64,000 nucleotides of DNA, from positions 4,192,001-4,256,000 of the forward strand of contig OZ253442.1 of NCBI GenBank assembly GCA_965261085.1. Direction: 5' to 3'. The DNA comes from a bacterium. GTDB lineage: Bacteria > UBA8248. Below, piece by piece: positions 10,478 to 20,893 of the stretch. The notes below the pieces were generated by a model that was given only the letters and a program-made list of their open reading frames with translations, was not told where the DNA came from and ran no database searches. Each line of letters opens with the position of its first letter. Position 1 is the stretch's first letter. Both the position numbers and the translations under genes were made by a program.

Positions 10478-11482
10478 CTAATTCGCCAGCGCCTTGTTCT
10501 TGATGGGCCGGATGTCGAATACCGCAGGCTTGTTCGTATTCACCATTACCTCCACGGCGTGCATGTGCTTGGCGCCGAAGACCTCGAGGGCGAGGACGTT
10601 GGGCGCTTTTTTCGGGAGTGGGCGCGTGATCTGGTATTTGTGGCTGTCGCCATAGATCAGCAGGACCGGCTTTTTGAACGAGGCGGCCTTGCGGATAAAT
10701 GCGTCGCCGAACCGCTTGAAGCCCGATGCGCCCGAGAACGCCTCTTTTTTCGACCTGAAGAATCCGGGCGTGAACATATCGGCGTGAATCGCGAGCACGA
10801 TCGCCTTGGCCTTCGCGGCGATGGCCTCATCGAAACTCGCGTTCAGCCAGGCGACGTTCGCCGCATCACGCGCGAAGAACTCCGCGATGGCGCGCCGGTC
10901 GCGCACCTCGAAGTTGTTGTTCGAACCCACCACGTGCGCCGTCACGAAATGGACGCCCTCTTTCACGAAGCGCGCGTTCTCAGTGTACTTGGCGAATTTC
11001 TTCATCATGTCCGGCTGGCGCACGAGCTTCATCGTGGCCTTGCCGAGCGAGCGCGGGCCGTGTGCAAAGAACGTGCGCCGCACGAAAGCGAGCCTCTCGA
11101 GCGGATCGAAGCGGCCGGCTTTGTTGCGGTGGCAGTCGGTCCATTCGTTGTCACCGGGCGTGTAAACGAGAGGATTCTCGAAAGAATTCATGAAATCGAG
11201 CTGATCGCGCAGCATCTTGTCCGAGCACGGGGTGGAGCCCGATTTGATATCCCCGATATGTATCGTGAAGGCGGGTTTCAGGGCGTTTACCTGGCCGATC
11301 AGCGTCTTGAACGGCGCGTAGACTTTCGCGGGCTTCCCGTAAGGCATGTCGCCGAGGGCCACGAACGTGAACGGCTTATCGGCCGAGGCGGCCCCCTCCG
11401 TCAGTATGAGGAGCGCCAGCGCGCAGAACAATGCGCCGAACCATTTGTGCAAGGGTGAAGCGGAATATTTCATCGAACCCAT
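10478..11482 (-). CDS. Secreted calcineurin-like metallophosphoesterase
   Basis: Signal-peptide-like N-terminus; GDMPY, HIGDIK, TPGDNEWTDC, YGDSH. Confidence 0.85.
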   Translation of the reverse strand: MGSMKYSASPLHKWFGALFCALALLILTEGAASADKPFTFVALGDMPYGKPAKVYAPFKTLIGQVNALKPAFTIHIGDIKSGSTPCSDKMLRDQLDFMNSFENPLVYTPGDNEWTDCHRNKAGRFDPLERLAFVRRTFFAHGPRSLGKATMKLVRQPDMMKKFAKYTENARFVKEGVHFVTAHVVGSNNNFEVRDRRAIAEFFARDAANVAWLNASFDEAIAAKAKAIVLAIHADMFTPGFFRSKKEAFSGASGFKRFGDAFIRKAASFKKPVLLIYGDSHKYQITRPLPKKAPNVLALEVFGAKHMHAVEVMVNTNKPAVFDIRPIKNKALAN

Positions 11483-11732
11483 CCCATCGATCTCCTATGC
11501 ATATCACAATGAAAGATGTGGCATCTCTTATCAACAAACAAAGACACCAGAAACAGCGGGAGAGACACACCCATTCCGAGGCCCGAGTTTCCGCTCGTGA
11601 CCTGCAACAAGGAGGAATATAGAGAAAATATCCAGGAGAGGTGTTACAAACAAGTGGCGATTCCATGTTTTTTCGATAAATCCAAACCGGTGGACTGAGC
11701 CGCCGCACATCACCCGCACAGCGGGGCGAAAC

Positions 11733-12611
11733 TTACCTGCGCCAGCCCAGCCTCTCTGCGATGCGCAGAATGATGTCCGAGCGGTTGAGCGCGTAGATGT
11801 GGAAATGCCTGACGCCCATCGTCATCAATTCCTGAATCTGGGCCGCTGCCAAGTCTGCTGATTTTTCCTGAAACGCCTCAGGCTCGTTCTCATACGGCGC
11901 GAGAGCGTCGACGACACTCCCGGGCACGCTCGCCCCGCATTTTTCCGCAAAACGCTGAACCTGCGCCACATCCCGGATGGGCAGGATGCCCGGCGCAAGG
12001 GGTACGCGCACGCCTCTTTTTTTCATCTGCTCCAAAAACCGCTCCCAGACCCCCGCCTCAAAGAAGAACTGGGAAGCCGCGTAATCGGCCCCCTCGTTCA
12101 CTTTCCGGACGAAGTAATCCATGTCCTCGTCCTTATCGGGCGTTTCGGGGTGGCCTTCGGGATAACAGGCCACGCCGATGGAGGAGAATCCGCCGAGAGC
12201 CTTAAGCCAGCGCACCAGATCTGCGGCGTAGCGGAATCCGCCGGCCACGGCCTCATCGCGCGTCATTTCTTCGGGGATATCCCCCCTGAGCGCGAGAATA
12301 TCGCGCATCCCGTTTTCCTGATAAACCGCCATCAAACGCGAGATTTCGGCCTCGTTCGCACCCACGCAGGTGAGATGCGCCACCACGCGCCCCGGGTAGC
12401 GCCTCTCCAGTTCGAGCACGAGTTCGAGCGTACCCTCTTGCGTGGAGCCACCCGCCCCGTACGTCACCGAAGTAAAGGCGACGTCCATCACCTCCTGAAT
12501 CGCGGCCACCTCGCGCAGCGCGCGCTCCACGGCCTTCCGGCCCTTGGGCGGATAGAGCTCGATGGAAACGCTGACCTCATGAGAGCAGATGCTCTCGATA
12601 ATCGCCGACAA
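11733..12611 (-). CDS. metF: 5,10-methylenetetrahydrofolate reductase
   Basis: SIELYPPK, SVTYGAGG, AHLTC, LALRGD, ACYPEGHP, SQFFF, HIYALN. TTG start inferred from an AGGAG RBS. Confidence 0.93.
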   Translation of the reverse strand: MSAIIESICSHEVSVSIELYPPKGRKAVERALREVAAIQEVMDVAFTSVTYGAGGSTQEGTLELVLELERRYPGRVVAHLTCVGANEAEISRLMAVYQENGMRDILALRGDIPEEMTRDEAVAGGFRYAADLVRWLKALGGFSSIGVACYPEGHPETPDKDEDMDYFVRKVNEGADYAASQFFFEAGVWERFLEQMKKRGVRVPLAPGILPIRDVAQVQRFAEKCGASVPGSVVDALAPYENEPEAFQEKSADLAAAQIQELMTMGVRHFHIYALNRSDIILRIAERLGWRR

Positions 12612-12664
12612 TCCACTACTCCTGCGCGACGCCCTCACCCGGGCGCCGGGAGAATGAGAGACGT

Positions 12665-12701
12665 AAAAAAACGGGCGCGGGGCAAATCCGCCCCGCGCCC
12701 G
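12665..12701 (-). terminator. Intrinsic terminator after sodA-peroxiredoxin
   Basis: 12-bp stem cgggcgcggggc/gccccgcgcccg followed by T7 on the minus strand. Confidence 0.8.
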
Positions 12702-12730
12702 GCAACACGAAATTCAAAAACGAGACTAGC

Positions 12731-13192
12731 CTATAGACCCTCGATAGCCGCGAAGAGTTTCTCATCGTCCGGCTTCTCGGGCGGAGCGGCCGTCTCCTCC
12801 ATGTAGGCGACGTTCCCGTCTTTGTTGACGAGAACCACCGCGCGGTTGCTGAAGCCCTTGGCATTCAGCAAACCGTAGGCCGCACACGTTTCCTTGCCGA
12901 AGAAATCGCTCAGCAGCGGAAATTCGATGCCGTATTTCTCAGCCCAGGCGGCGTGCGCGAAAGGGCTGTCCACACTGATGCCGATAACCTCGCAGTCGGC
13001 GGCGTCGAATTTCGCCTTCTCCGCCTGATAGGCGGGCAACTGTTCGCTGCACACGGAGGAGAAATCGAACGGGTAGAAGCAAAGAAGAACGTTTTTCTCT
13101 CCGCGAAAATCACTCAGCTTCACCGTATCCCCCTCGGCGAGGGTTCTCGGCAGTTCAAAATCTGGTGCTGCATCACCTACGCTCAAAGCCAT
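12731..13192 (-). CDS. Peroxiredoxin (AhpE/BCP-like)
   Basis: [22 protein letters not shown] (PxxxSxxC), GISVDS, FPLLSDF. Confidence 0.9.
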   Translation of the reverse strand: MALSVGDAAPDFELPRTLAEGDTVKLSDFRGEKNVLLCFYPFDFSSVCSEQLPAYQAEKAKFDAADCEVIGISVDSPFAHAAWAEKYGIEFPLLSDFFGKETCAAYGLLNAKGFSNRAVVLVNKDGNVAYMEETAAPPEKPDDEKLFAAIEGL

Positions 13193-13204
13193 GATATCGC
13201 CCCC

Positions 13205-13792
<588 letters not shown>

Positions 13793-13980
13793 TTCGTTTT
13801 CTCCTTGATGGGAATGGGATGTTCCTATTCACATGGTAAAAATAAAACCAATGAAGCCGCGGCCTCGTAAATCCTCCCAAAAACCGCCAAATCAGGTGAG
13901 CGGCGAATGACGAGACGCTGCGGAGAAGTTTTCATTTTTACGCAAACTTGAATCTCTGCTCCTGGTTCACAAGAGGCCGC

Positions 13981-14010
13981 ATTCTACTTTTAGGGATTGG
14001 CCCGCGTCAA
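13981..14010 (-). promoter_or_regulatory. Sigma70-type promoter upstream of sodA
   Basis: Minus strand TTGACG-18 bp-TAGAAT. Confidence 0.55.
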
Positions 14011-14043
14011 ATCTCATCCTGAAGGCATCGGCCCGCCTTTTGC

Positions 14044-14943
14044 CTATTCGGGCGCGTCCATTTTCTGGATTTGGTCGAAATCACGGTAGAGAAGCGATAA
14101 ATCCTCTTCGATCATTCCCCGCGCGACGGCTTTTTTCAAAAACGAGAGCGTGCCTTCGGCCAACTGGACGTCCGCGCCGCGCTTTTTCCCGATGCCGACG
14201 GCGATGCCGACATCCTTTTGCAGGTTGTAGATGCGCGCCTGCCCGTTCCAAGTGCCCGAGAGGATGTTGTTCGGAAAGCGGTGGCGGCTGGCGTAGCTAT
14301 AAGCCGTCGATGCGTTGAAGATGTCTATCATGTCCTCGACGCGCATTCCGAGGCGCTCGACGAGACGCGCTCCCTCGCAAGTCGCCAGGAACATCGTGTG
14401 GAGCACCATGTTGTGGATGAGCTTCATGGTGTGGCCGGAGCCCTGCGCTCCCAGGTGGAAGGTGTTCTCGACGAAGGGTTTGAGGTATTTCCTCGTGCGC
14501 TTGAGAAGCCTCTCATCTCCGCCGATCATGAGCGTCAGCTTCCCCTCGAGGATGCCGGCCGGCCCGCCGCTCATCCCTGCATCGAGATAGCCCACCCCCC
14601 CGCGCTCGGCGCGCTTCGCGAGACGCTTCGTCTTCGCCGGGTCCGAGGTCGTGAGGTCGTAGACGACGAGCCCTTTTCGCGCGTTTTTGAGCAGGCCGTC
14701 TTTCCCTTTGAAGCACGCCGCTATCTCGTCCGATGAGGGCACGACGAAGAAAACGACCGCGCAGGATTTCGCTATCTCACCGGGCGGTGCGATAGTTACG
14801 CCCTTTGTTTTCTCGAACGGCCTGCGCGCGGCCTCTGAGACGTCCCAGACCATCAGGGGCATCTTCGCCCCGATGAACCTCTGCGCCACGGGATTCCCCA
14901 TGCGTCCCAAACCGATGACGCCTACGCTGTTTCGTTTCGCCAC
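14044..14943 (-). CDS. NAD(P)-dependent beta-hydroxyacid dehydrogenase (3-hydroxyisobutyrate dehydrogenase family)
   Basis: GVIGLGRMG, DAGMSGG, LMIGGD, GSGHTMKLIHN. Confidence 0.88.
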   Translation of the reverse strand: MAKRNSVGVIGLGRMGNPVAQRFIGAKMPLMVWDVSEAARRPFEKTKGVTIAPPGEIAKSCAVVFFVVPSSDEIAACFKGKDGLLKNARKGLVVYDLTTSDPAKTKRLAKRAERGGVGYLDAGMSGGPAGILEGKLTLMIGGDERLLKRTRKYLKPFVENTFHLGAQGSGHTMKLIHNMVLHTMFLATCEGARLVERLGMRVEDMIDIFNASTAYSYASRHRFPNNILSGTWNGQARIYNLQKDVGIAVGIGKKRGADVQLAEGTLSFLKKAVARGMIEEDLSLLYRDFDQIQKMDAPE

Positions 14944-14980
14944 GTAACACCTCGGAGGAATATCCGGACAATGGATTCTT

Positions 14981-15057
14981 TGGAGCCGACGACCGGAGTT
15001 GAACCGGTGACCTGCTGATTACGAATCAGCTGCTCTACCTGTCTGAGCTACGTCGGC
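14981..15057 (-). tRNA. tRNA-Thr(CGT)
   Basis: GCCGACGTAGCTCAG...CTGATT-CGT-AATCAG...GGTTCAACTCC...GTCGGCTCCA; cloverleaf with encoded CCA. Confidence 0.97.
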
Positions 15058-15200
15058 TGAAAGAGCATGGAACCCTGGTGAGGCTCGCGTTCCCCATGAG
15101 GGTGGTATTGAACACGCCGCTCCCCCCTTCGTCAAGCCGTGAGGCGGCGAGACGGCGCGAAATTTGCGATTTCCCGCCACTTGTGGTTTCATTCGGAGGC

Positions 15201-15229
15201 TTGACTTGCGAGACGACGCATCGTAAACA
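15201..15229 (+). promoter_or_regulatory. Promoter for tRNA-Lys
   Basis: TTGACT-17 bp-TAAACA just upstream of the tRNA. Confidence 0.5.
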
Positions 15230-15241
15230 TCTTTTCTCTTT

Positions 15242-15317
<76 letters not shown>

Positions 15318-15426
15318 CAAATCACCCCGAACCCCGTTCGGGTTTCATGCAATTTCTCACAGGAACGGCCCCTCCCCTCCATCTTTTCGGTGGGGACGGC
15401 ATCCTCCCCGGAAGGCGGGCCGGTTC

Positions 15427-15555
15427 GTGAGCCGTGGCGCCACCGAGGATGAGATATTCGAGGCCGTGCAATGCCTGATCTTTCCCGCAGGCGGCCCCTC
15501 GCTGATGATGGGTATCAAGTGCCTGCGCGCCGTCCTGGAGGAGCGCAAGACTTAG
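15427..15555 (+). pseudogene. 5'-truncated remnant of a CMD/AhpD-family gene
   Basis: Manual translation ...RGATEDEIFEAVQCLIFPAGGPSLMMGIKCLRAVLEERKT* resembles the CMD C-terminal half (GATxxEIxEA...AGxP). The N-terminal half is missing. Confidence 0.6.
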
Positions 15556-15589
15556 GACTCATTTTTTTCATATCCCTAGGGGACACCGC

Positions 15590-16327
15590 ATGGACAGAAG
15601 CATCTGGGCGACCTGGTACGACCTGCCGAAAGAAGATGAAGAAGAGTACAACGACTGGCTCCACCACACGCACATAAAAGACGCGCTCAAACGCCCCGGC
15701 TACATGTGGGCGGCCCACTATGAACTCGTGGACAGGGAATCGCCCAAATCAAAGAAAAAAGACCACTTGGCCTACACGGACGACCCCTCGATCCCCAGCG
15801 GCACGGAGTTTCTGCTCCTGTTCGGGGCGGCGAGCGCGGAGGTTTTCTTAAGCCCCAACCCCGCCCAACTCGCGGAGACGTACTCTGATGAGACGAAGGC
15901 GATGACCGCCAAGAGAATCGGCGAGCGCACCGGCATATTCACCGAAGTCGACAGGGTGAACGGCCCGGACGCAGCCACCCGCGCGGTGGGCGGCGTGCCC
16001 GCGCCGATAGTCCAGATGGGCACGTTCAACTGCTTCACGCCCGAGGACGATTTTGATCTCAGTTCCTGGTACGCGCAGGACCGCCTGCCCGCGATGAAGT
16101 ACATGCGCGGCTGCGTGGGCACGCGCAAGCTGGTCTCCGTGGCGGGATGGGCGAAGCACTCCATCTTTTATGAATTCGCCTCGCTCGAGAAAGTCCTCGC
16201 GCACTTCCCGCGCGCGGACAAGCTCTTCCCCGGCGAGAACGACTGGTCGTATCACGTATGCCAGCGCCTGCTCCATGCGCCCGGCTCGCCCACTCGCGGC
16301 AAGCGCATCTGGCCGCCGGTGGAATGA
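15590..16327 (+). CDS. Hypothetical protein, tandem EthD/DUF4286-like alpha/beta barrel
   Basis: Two similar halves: EEEYNDWLHHTHIKDALKRPG and FDLSSWYAQDRLPAMKYMRG. Confidence 0.6.
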   Translation: MDRSIWATWYDLPKEDEEEYNDWLHHTHIKDALKRPGYMWAAHYELVDRESPKSKKKDHLAYTDDPSIPSGTEFLLLFGAASAEVFLSPNPAQLAETYSDETKAMTAKRIGERTGIFTEVDRVNGPDAATRAVGGVPAPIVQMGTFNCFTPEDDFDLSSWYAQDRLPAMKYMRGCVGTRKLVSVAGWAKHSIFYEFASLEKVLAHFPRADKLFPGENDWSYHVCQRLLHAPGSPTRGKRIWPPVE

Positions 16328-16343
16328 GTAAGGGGGCGTAAGA

Positions 16344-17024
16344 ATGAGTTATATGAAACCCATCCCCGTCGAGGAAGCGGAAGGCGAAGCCACGAAACTA
16401 TTCGCAGGCGTGACGAAGATGCTCGGCCGCGTGGCGAATTCCTTCGCCGTCATGGCCTATCAGCCCCACGTCGCCAAGGTCATACTGCCGCTCACCGTCA
16501 CGCTCATGCGCGAGGGGCTGGGCACGGTGCTTCCCACCAAAATCAAGGAAATCTCAGTCATCAAGACGAGCCACCTGAACGGGTGTGAATACTGACTCGG
16601 GCACAACACGGCGCTCGGTCGAGACGCCGGGGTCACCGAAAAGCAAGTGCGCGAGATCTGCTCGGACGCCTATATGGACTCCCCTACGATGAGCCCAAGA
16701 GAGAAAGCCGCCGTCCTGTGGGCGGAGCACGTGACGCGCAACACCGCCAAGACGCGCGACGACGTGTTCCAAGAGGTGAGGCGTCATTATGATGATCGCG
16801 AATTCGTCGAGCTCACCATGGTCATCACCTATTTCAACATGAGAAACCGCTTTCAGGACGCCCTGCGCATTCCGCTGGATGAACCTAAAACGATATCGGG
16901 CATCACCCTCGGGCGCAGGCAGGACCCCGAAAACCTCAAAACCTATCTCGAAGAGGTGGCGGCGGAGTGGCCCGAGAGTTTTCCGGGGCCGGATGAAGAC
17001 GATAAAGGGGAGCGTCACGCATGA
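16344..17024 (+). CDS. AhpD/carboxymuconolactone decarboxylase-family selenoprotein (CxxU; TGA at 16593-16595 read as Sec)
   Basis: ORFs 16344-16595 and 16647-17024 are in the same frame. Readthrough gives KEISVIKTSHLNGCEY-U-LGHN, with TGA at the second Cys of the AhpD CxxC. A hairpin follows the TGA. Confidence 0.85.
16609..16629 (+). promoter_or_regulatory. Putative bacterial SECIS element
   Basis: cggcg-ctc-GGTC-gag-a-cgccg stem-loop; the GGUC apical loop starts 22 nt after the UGA. Confidence 0.7.
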
Positions 17025-17464
17025 GCGAGAAGCCCGATTTCGTCTGGGAGAATTTACAAGTCGGCATGACCATCGGTGAGCGCAGCCTCACGGTGACGCA
17101 AGAGATGGTGGATGCGCACTGCGACGCCGTGGGCGCAAAGCGGGAATGGTATGCGGGCGAATCGCCCGCAGGCGGGTCCATCGCGCCGCCGATGATATTC
17201 ATCAACGACCTGCTCGCCATTTATGATGAGAACTACAAGCGCTTCGGCACCATCCACGCGAAGCTCGGCTACCGCTTTCACCGGCCCGTGCGAGTCGGTG
17301 AGACGGTGCGCCAGAAAGTCATTGTCAAGGACTTATACGTGAAGCGCGAGAAGGGCTGGATAGTGAGCGAACTCAGCGTTGCGAACGAGGCGGGCGAGTT
17401 GCTCTTGACCTCCTCGCACACGTCGGTCTTAAGCCTCACGAGAAAGCACCAGGATAATGACTGA
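17021..17464 (+). CDS. MaoC/hot-dog fold protein (likely non-catalytic partner)
   Basis: LQVGMTIG, IAPP, IHAKLGYRFHRPVRVGE; lacks the D-x4-H motif. Confidence 0.8.
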   Translation: MSEKPDFVWENLQVGMTIGERSLTVTQEMVDAHCDAVGAKREWYAGESPAGGSIAPPMIFINDLLAIYDENYKRFGTIHAKLGYRFHRPVRVGETVRQKVIVKDLYVKREKGWIVSELSVANEAGELLLTSSHTSVLSLTRKHQDND

Positions 17465-17888
17465 CTCACTACTTAAAAACATGGAAATCGGCGACGCTCT
17501 GCCCGAGCGGACACACAAAGTGGACTGGGAGGATATTCTCAAATTCAACCGCTACGTCACCGGCGGCGTGGATACCAAGAACATTCACACCGACGATGAG
17601 GTGGCCCGAAAGGCGGGCCTGCCCCGGGCGGTGGCGACGGGCCGCCACCCGGTGTCCTTCATCACCGAACTCATGGTCGATCATCTGGGCATGGGCTTCA
17701 TCACGGGCGGAGAGATTGATGTCTCCTTCGTGAAGCCTATTTTCCCGGGCGACGTTTTAAGCCTTTCGGCGACGCTCAAGGAGAAATCTTCGGACGATGG
17801 CGCGAAGAACTATCTGTTCGACGTTTCGCTCACGAACCAGGACGGCGCCGCCGTCACGCTCGGCACCGCCGGCGGACGCATCAACTAG
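17457..17888 (+). CDS. MaoC-family dehydratase
   Basis: DTKNIHTDDEVARKAGL (D-x4-H), FVKPIFPGD. Confidence 0.85.
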   Translation: MTDSLLKNMEIGDALPERTHKVDWEDILKFNRYVTGGVDTKNIHTDDEVARKAGLPRAVATGRHPVSFITELMVDHLGMGFITGGEIDVSFVKPIFPGDVLSLSATLKEKSSDDGAKNYLFDVSLTNQDGAAVTLGTAGGRIN

Positions 17889-17899
17889 CCTCAGGCCCC

Positions 17900-20005
17900 A
17901 TGAACGCACGAAAATCCCTAAAAAGCCTCTTTCACCCGAAATCCTTCGCCGTAGTGGGCGCAGCCTCGAACCTGAACCGCTTAGGCGGTATCCCCCTGCG
18001 TCTCACGATGAAATACGGCTTTCCCGGCCCCATCTACCCCATCAACCCGAGGCGTGAGGAGATAGCGGGGCTTAAGTGCTATCCCGACATCGCCTCTCTG
18101 CCGGAAGCGCCCGAATTCGCGCTCATCTGCACGCCGAGAGAAGACGTGCTCCCCGCCCTCGCACAATGCGCGGAACGCGGAGTAAAGGCCGCCGCCGTCA
18201 TCACCTCCGGCTTCGCGGAAACGGGCGCAGAGGGAGTCGCGCTTCAAGAGAAGATTCTCGCACTTCGCGACGCATCGGGGATGCGGGTGCTCGGCCCCAA
18301 CTGCATGGGCGTGGTGCACGTGCGCTCACGCCTCATGGCCACGTTTACGATATCCATCAGGGATGACGACCCGCTCATTCCAGGGGCCGTGGCCATCGTC
18401 ACCCAGAGCGGGGCCATGGGGGCCTGCATGCTCACGGGCTTTCAGGAGAGTGGTTCAGGCATCAGCAGCCTCGTGAGCCTCGGCAACGAGGTGGACGTTG
18501 ATTTCGCGGAATGCGTCGAATACTTTCTGGACGACCCGCACACGCGCGTCATTTGCGGGTATCTGGAATCCGTGCGCAATGGCAAGCGTTTGAAACGCGC
18601 CGCCCGGCGCGCCTTGGAGCTTGGGAAACCCATCGTCCTGCTCAAGGGCGGTAAGACCGAAGAGGGAGCCCGCGCCGCGCGCAGCCACACCGCCGCCATC
18701 ACGACCTCAAGCGATGTTTTTGACGCCTTCGCCGAACAATACGGCGTTCAGGTGCTGGGCTCCATGGATGAGTTCATCGAAATAGCGGATTTCCTCGCGC
18801 GCACAAAGCCGATTCAAGGAAACGGGGTGGGGATTTTAAGTTTCTCGGGCGGGCTGGGCGCGCTGGCCGCAGACTTAAGCACGGACGCAGGTCTCAGGCT
18901 TCCCGTCCTCGGCGAGAAAACGCAAGAAAAGCTCGCTGCCGTGCTGCCCGACTACGCGCCCAAGGACAATCCGGTGGACCTCGTATCCCTAATGGTCAGC
19001 CAACCCGAGAGCCAGCCGCTCAAAACCGCAGGGGAAGCGGTGGCATCGGATGAGAGCGTAGACGCCCTGCTCTTCCTCATGGGCATTTATCACCACGTGG
19101 GCGAGCAGATAGCCGAAGAAGTGAAGGCGCTGTTCAAATCCTCGGAAATCCCCATCGCCTTCGCCTGGCTCACGGGGCCGCGAGAGTACATACATGCGCT
19201 CAGGAAAGCCGACGTACCCGTTTTTGGCGATTATTCACGCGCGATTCGCGGCCTGGAATCCCTCTTATCCCTCGAACACGCGCGCGAGACCGCCTCGTCT
19301 CAGCACTTCTCGAAAAACCACACAAGGAAGGAGGCGGCCAGGCGAAGCATAAAGCGGGGCCGCGCATCGGCCGATGGTTTTCTGCCGCCTGAAACCTGCG
19401 CCGAAATTTTGGACCTCTACGGTATCCCGAGACCACGGGAAATTCTGGTCGATACGGCGGATGAAGCACGCAAGACGTGGGAGGAGTATCAAACCCCCGT
19501 TGCGCTCAAACTGGTATCGGAGAGCCTCTCGCACAAGACCGAGGCGGGCGGCGTGATCCTGTATCTCGATACACCCGAGGAGGTGCTGGCCGGAGCCGAA
19601 AAATTGCTTACTCTCACGGATGACGCGCGCCTTCTGGTGCAGGAGATGGTCGGAGGCGGCATAGAGCTTCTGGTCGGCATATCGCGGGATGAGACGTTCG
19701 GGCCGTGCGTCACGGCGGGGCTGGGCGGGGTGTATGTGGAGGCGCTGGGCGACGTGGCCCGCCTGCTGCCGCCTTTTGACGCCGCACAGGCCGAAAGGGC
19801 GCTATCGGGCCTTCGCTCGCGCGTCATATTCGATGGCTTCCGGGGCGGTCCCAAAGTTCAAATCTCGCGCATATCCGATATAATGGTCAAAATATCGAGG
19901 CTGGCGCTGGAGTTGAGACACGAGATCGCCGAGATGGACCTGAACCCGCTCATCGCCACGGCTAAGGGCTGCATCGCCGTGGACGTTCGGATAAAAAGGA
20001 CCTGA
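17900..20005 (+). CDS. Acetate--CoA ligase (ADP-forming) family, fused alpha/beta acyl-CoA synthetase
   Basis: PKSFAVVGA, GPNCMG, TQSG, RSHT phospho-His, NPVD, ATP-grasp HKTEAGGV, EMDLNP. Confidence 0.93.
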   Translation: MNARKSLKSLFHPKSFAVVGAASNLNRLGGIPLRLTMKYGFPGPIYPINPRREEIAGLKCYPDIASLPEAPEFALICTPREDVLPALAQCAERGVKAAAVITSGFAETGAEGVALQEKILALRDASGMRVLGPNCMGVVHVRSRLMATFTISIRDDDPLIPGAVAIVTQSGAMGACMLTGFQESGSGISSLVSLGNEVDVDFAECVEYFLDDPHTRVICGYLESVRNGKRLKRAARRALELGKPIVLLKGGKTEEGARAARSHTAAITTSSDVFDAFAEQYGVQVLGSMDEFIEIADFLARTKPIQGNGVGILSFSGGLGALAADLSTDAGLRLPVLGEKTQEKLAAVLPDYAPKDNPVDLVSLMVSQPESQPLKTAGEAVASDESVDALLFLMGIYHHVGEQIAEEVKALFKSSEIPIAFAWLTGPREYIHALRKADVPVFGDYSRAIRGLESLLSLEHARETASSQHFSKNHTRKEAARRSIKRGRASADGFLPPETCAEILDLYGIPRPREILVDTADEARKTWEEYQTPVALKLVSESLSHKTEAGGVILYLDTPEEVLAGAEKLLTLTDDARLLVQEMVGGGIELLVGISRDETFGPCVTAGLGGVYVEALGDVARLLPPFDAAQAERALSGLRSRVIFDGFRGGPKVQISRISDIMVKISRLALELRHEIAEMDLNPLIATAKGCIAVDVRIKRT

Positions 20006-20018
20006 CGAGAGGATGCGC

Positions 20019-20453
20019 ATGAGCAAGAGAATCACGCCCGAAATCCGCGCCCTGGTGGGGCGAAAGCACGGCCCCTACAGAGTAAAAGTCGAGCAGGGCG
20101 CGATCGAAAAATTCGCAGACGCCATCGGCGACCCGAACCCGGCCTACCGGGGAGTCGACGCCATCGCGCCCCCCACCTTCCCGACCACCTTCAGGACAAA
20201 GGACGCCTTTCCCGATCTGCCGCCTGATTTCGGTGACGTGGGCCTCCACGCTTCGCAAGCCTATGAGGTGGAGCGACCCATCCGTGCGGGCGATGAGCTG
20301 GATGTTTCCTTCACCATCTTGGGCATCACCGAAAAATCGGGCCGCACGGGCGATCTGGTCTTCGTAGAGCGAGAATACGAATTTCTGGACGCGCGCGACG
20401 GCTCCCGCGTGGGCGGGGGCAAGTGGGTATCGCTCAGGCGATTCAGGAACTAA
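20019..20453 (+). CDS. MaoC dehydratase N-terminal-type (HadA-like) protein
   Basis: VEQGAIEKFADAIGDPNPAY, APPTF, LHASQ; lacks the catalytic His. Confidence 0.85.
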   Translation: MSKRITPEIRALVGRKHGPYRVKVEQGAIEKFADAIGDPNPAYRGVDAIAPPTFPTTFRTKDAFPDLPPDFGDVGLHASQAYEVERPIRAGDELDVSFTILGITEKSGRTGDLVFVEREYEFLDARDGSRVGGGKWVSLRRFRN

Positions 20454-20463
20454 AGGAGAGGCG

Positions 20464-20865
20464 ATGCGCTACAGACATGGCGATAAACTCCCCGAACTCG
20501 TAAAGGAACCCGTATCGCGGACACAGCTCGTGAAATACGCAGGATCCAGCGGGGATTACAACCCGATTCACTATGACGACGAGGCGGCGCGGGCGGGCGG
20601 TCTCGAGGGCGTCATCGCCCACGGGATGCTATCGATGGGCTTTTTGGGGCATTTCATTGAGAACACCTTCGGCGCGGGAAGCTGCAAAAGGCTCGAAGTC
20701 CGCTTTCAGGGCATGGTGAAGCTCGGCGAGGTCATCACCTGCCGGGGCGTCGTCACCGACATCACGCAAGAGAAGAACCGATCATACGCCACCTGCGAGA
20801 TCGAGGCGGTAGACTCAAGCGGCCGCGTCGTCACCAGGGGCTGCGCCCAGGCCTGGCTGGACTGA
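20464..20865 (+). CDS. MaoC-family (HadB-like) dehydratase
   Basis: Canonical YAGSSGDYNPIH and IAHGM. Confidence 0.9.
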   Translation: MRYRHGDKLPELVKEPVSRTQLVKYAGSSGDYNPIHYDDEAARAGGLEGVIAHGMLSMGFLGHFIENTFGAGSCKRLEVRFQGMVKLGEVITCRGVVTDITQEKNRSYATCEIEAVDSSGRVVTRGCAQAWLD

Positions 20866-20893
20866 ATCCATAGAATAGAAAGAGAGGAATTCC

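Noticed and set aside
12612-12730. SAM riboswitch upstream of metF
   Set aside because: Only a terminator hairpin for the upstream genes is visible; no SAM-I/II core was recognised.
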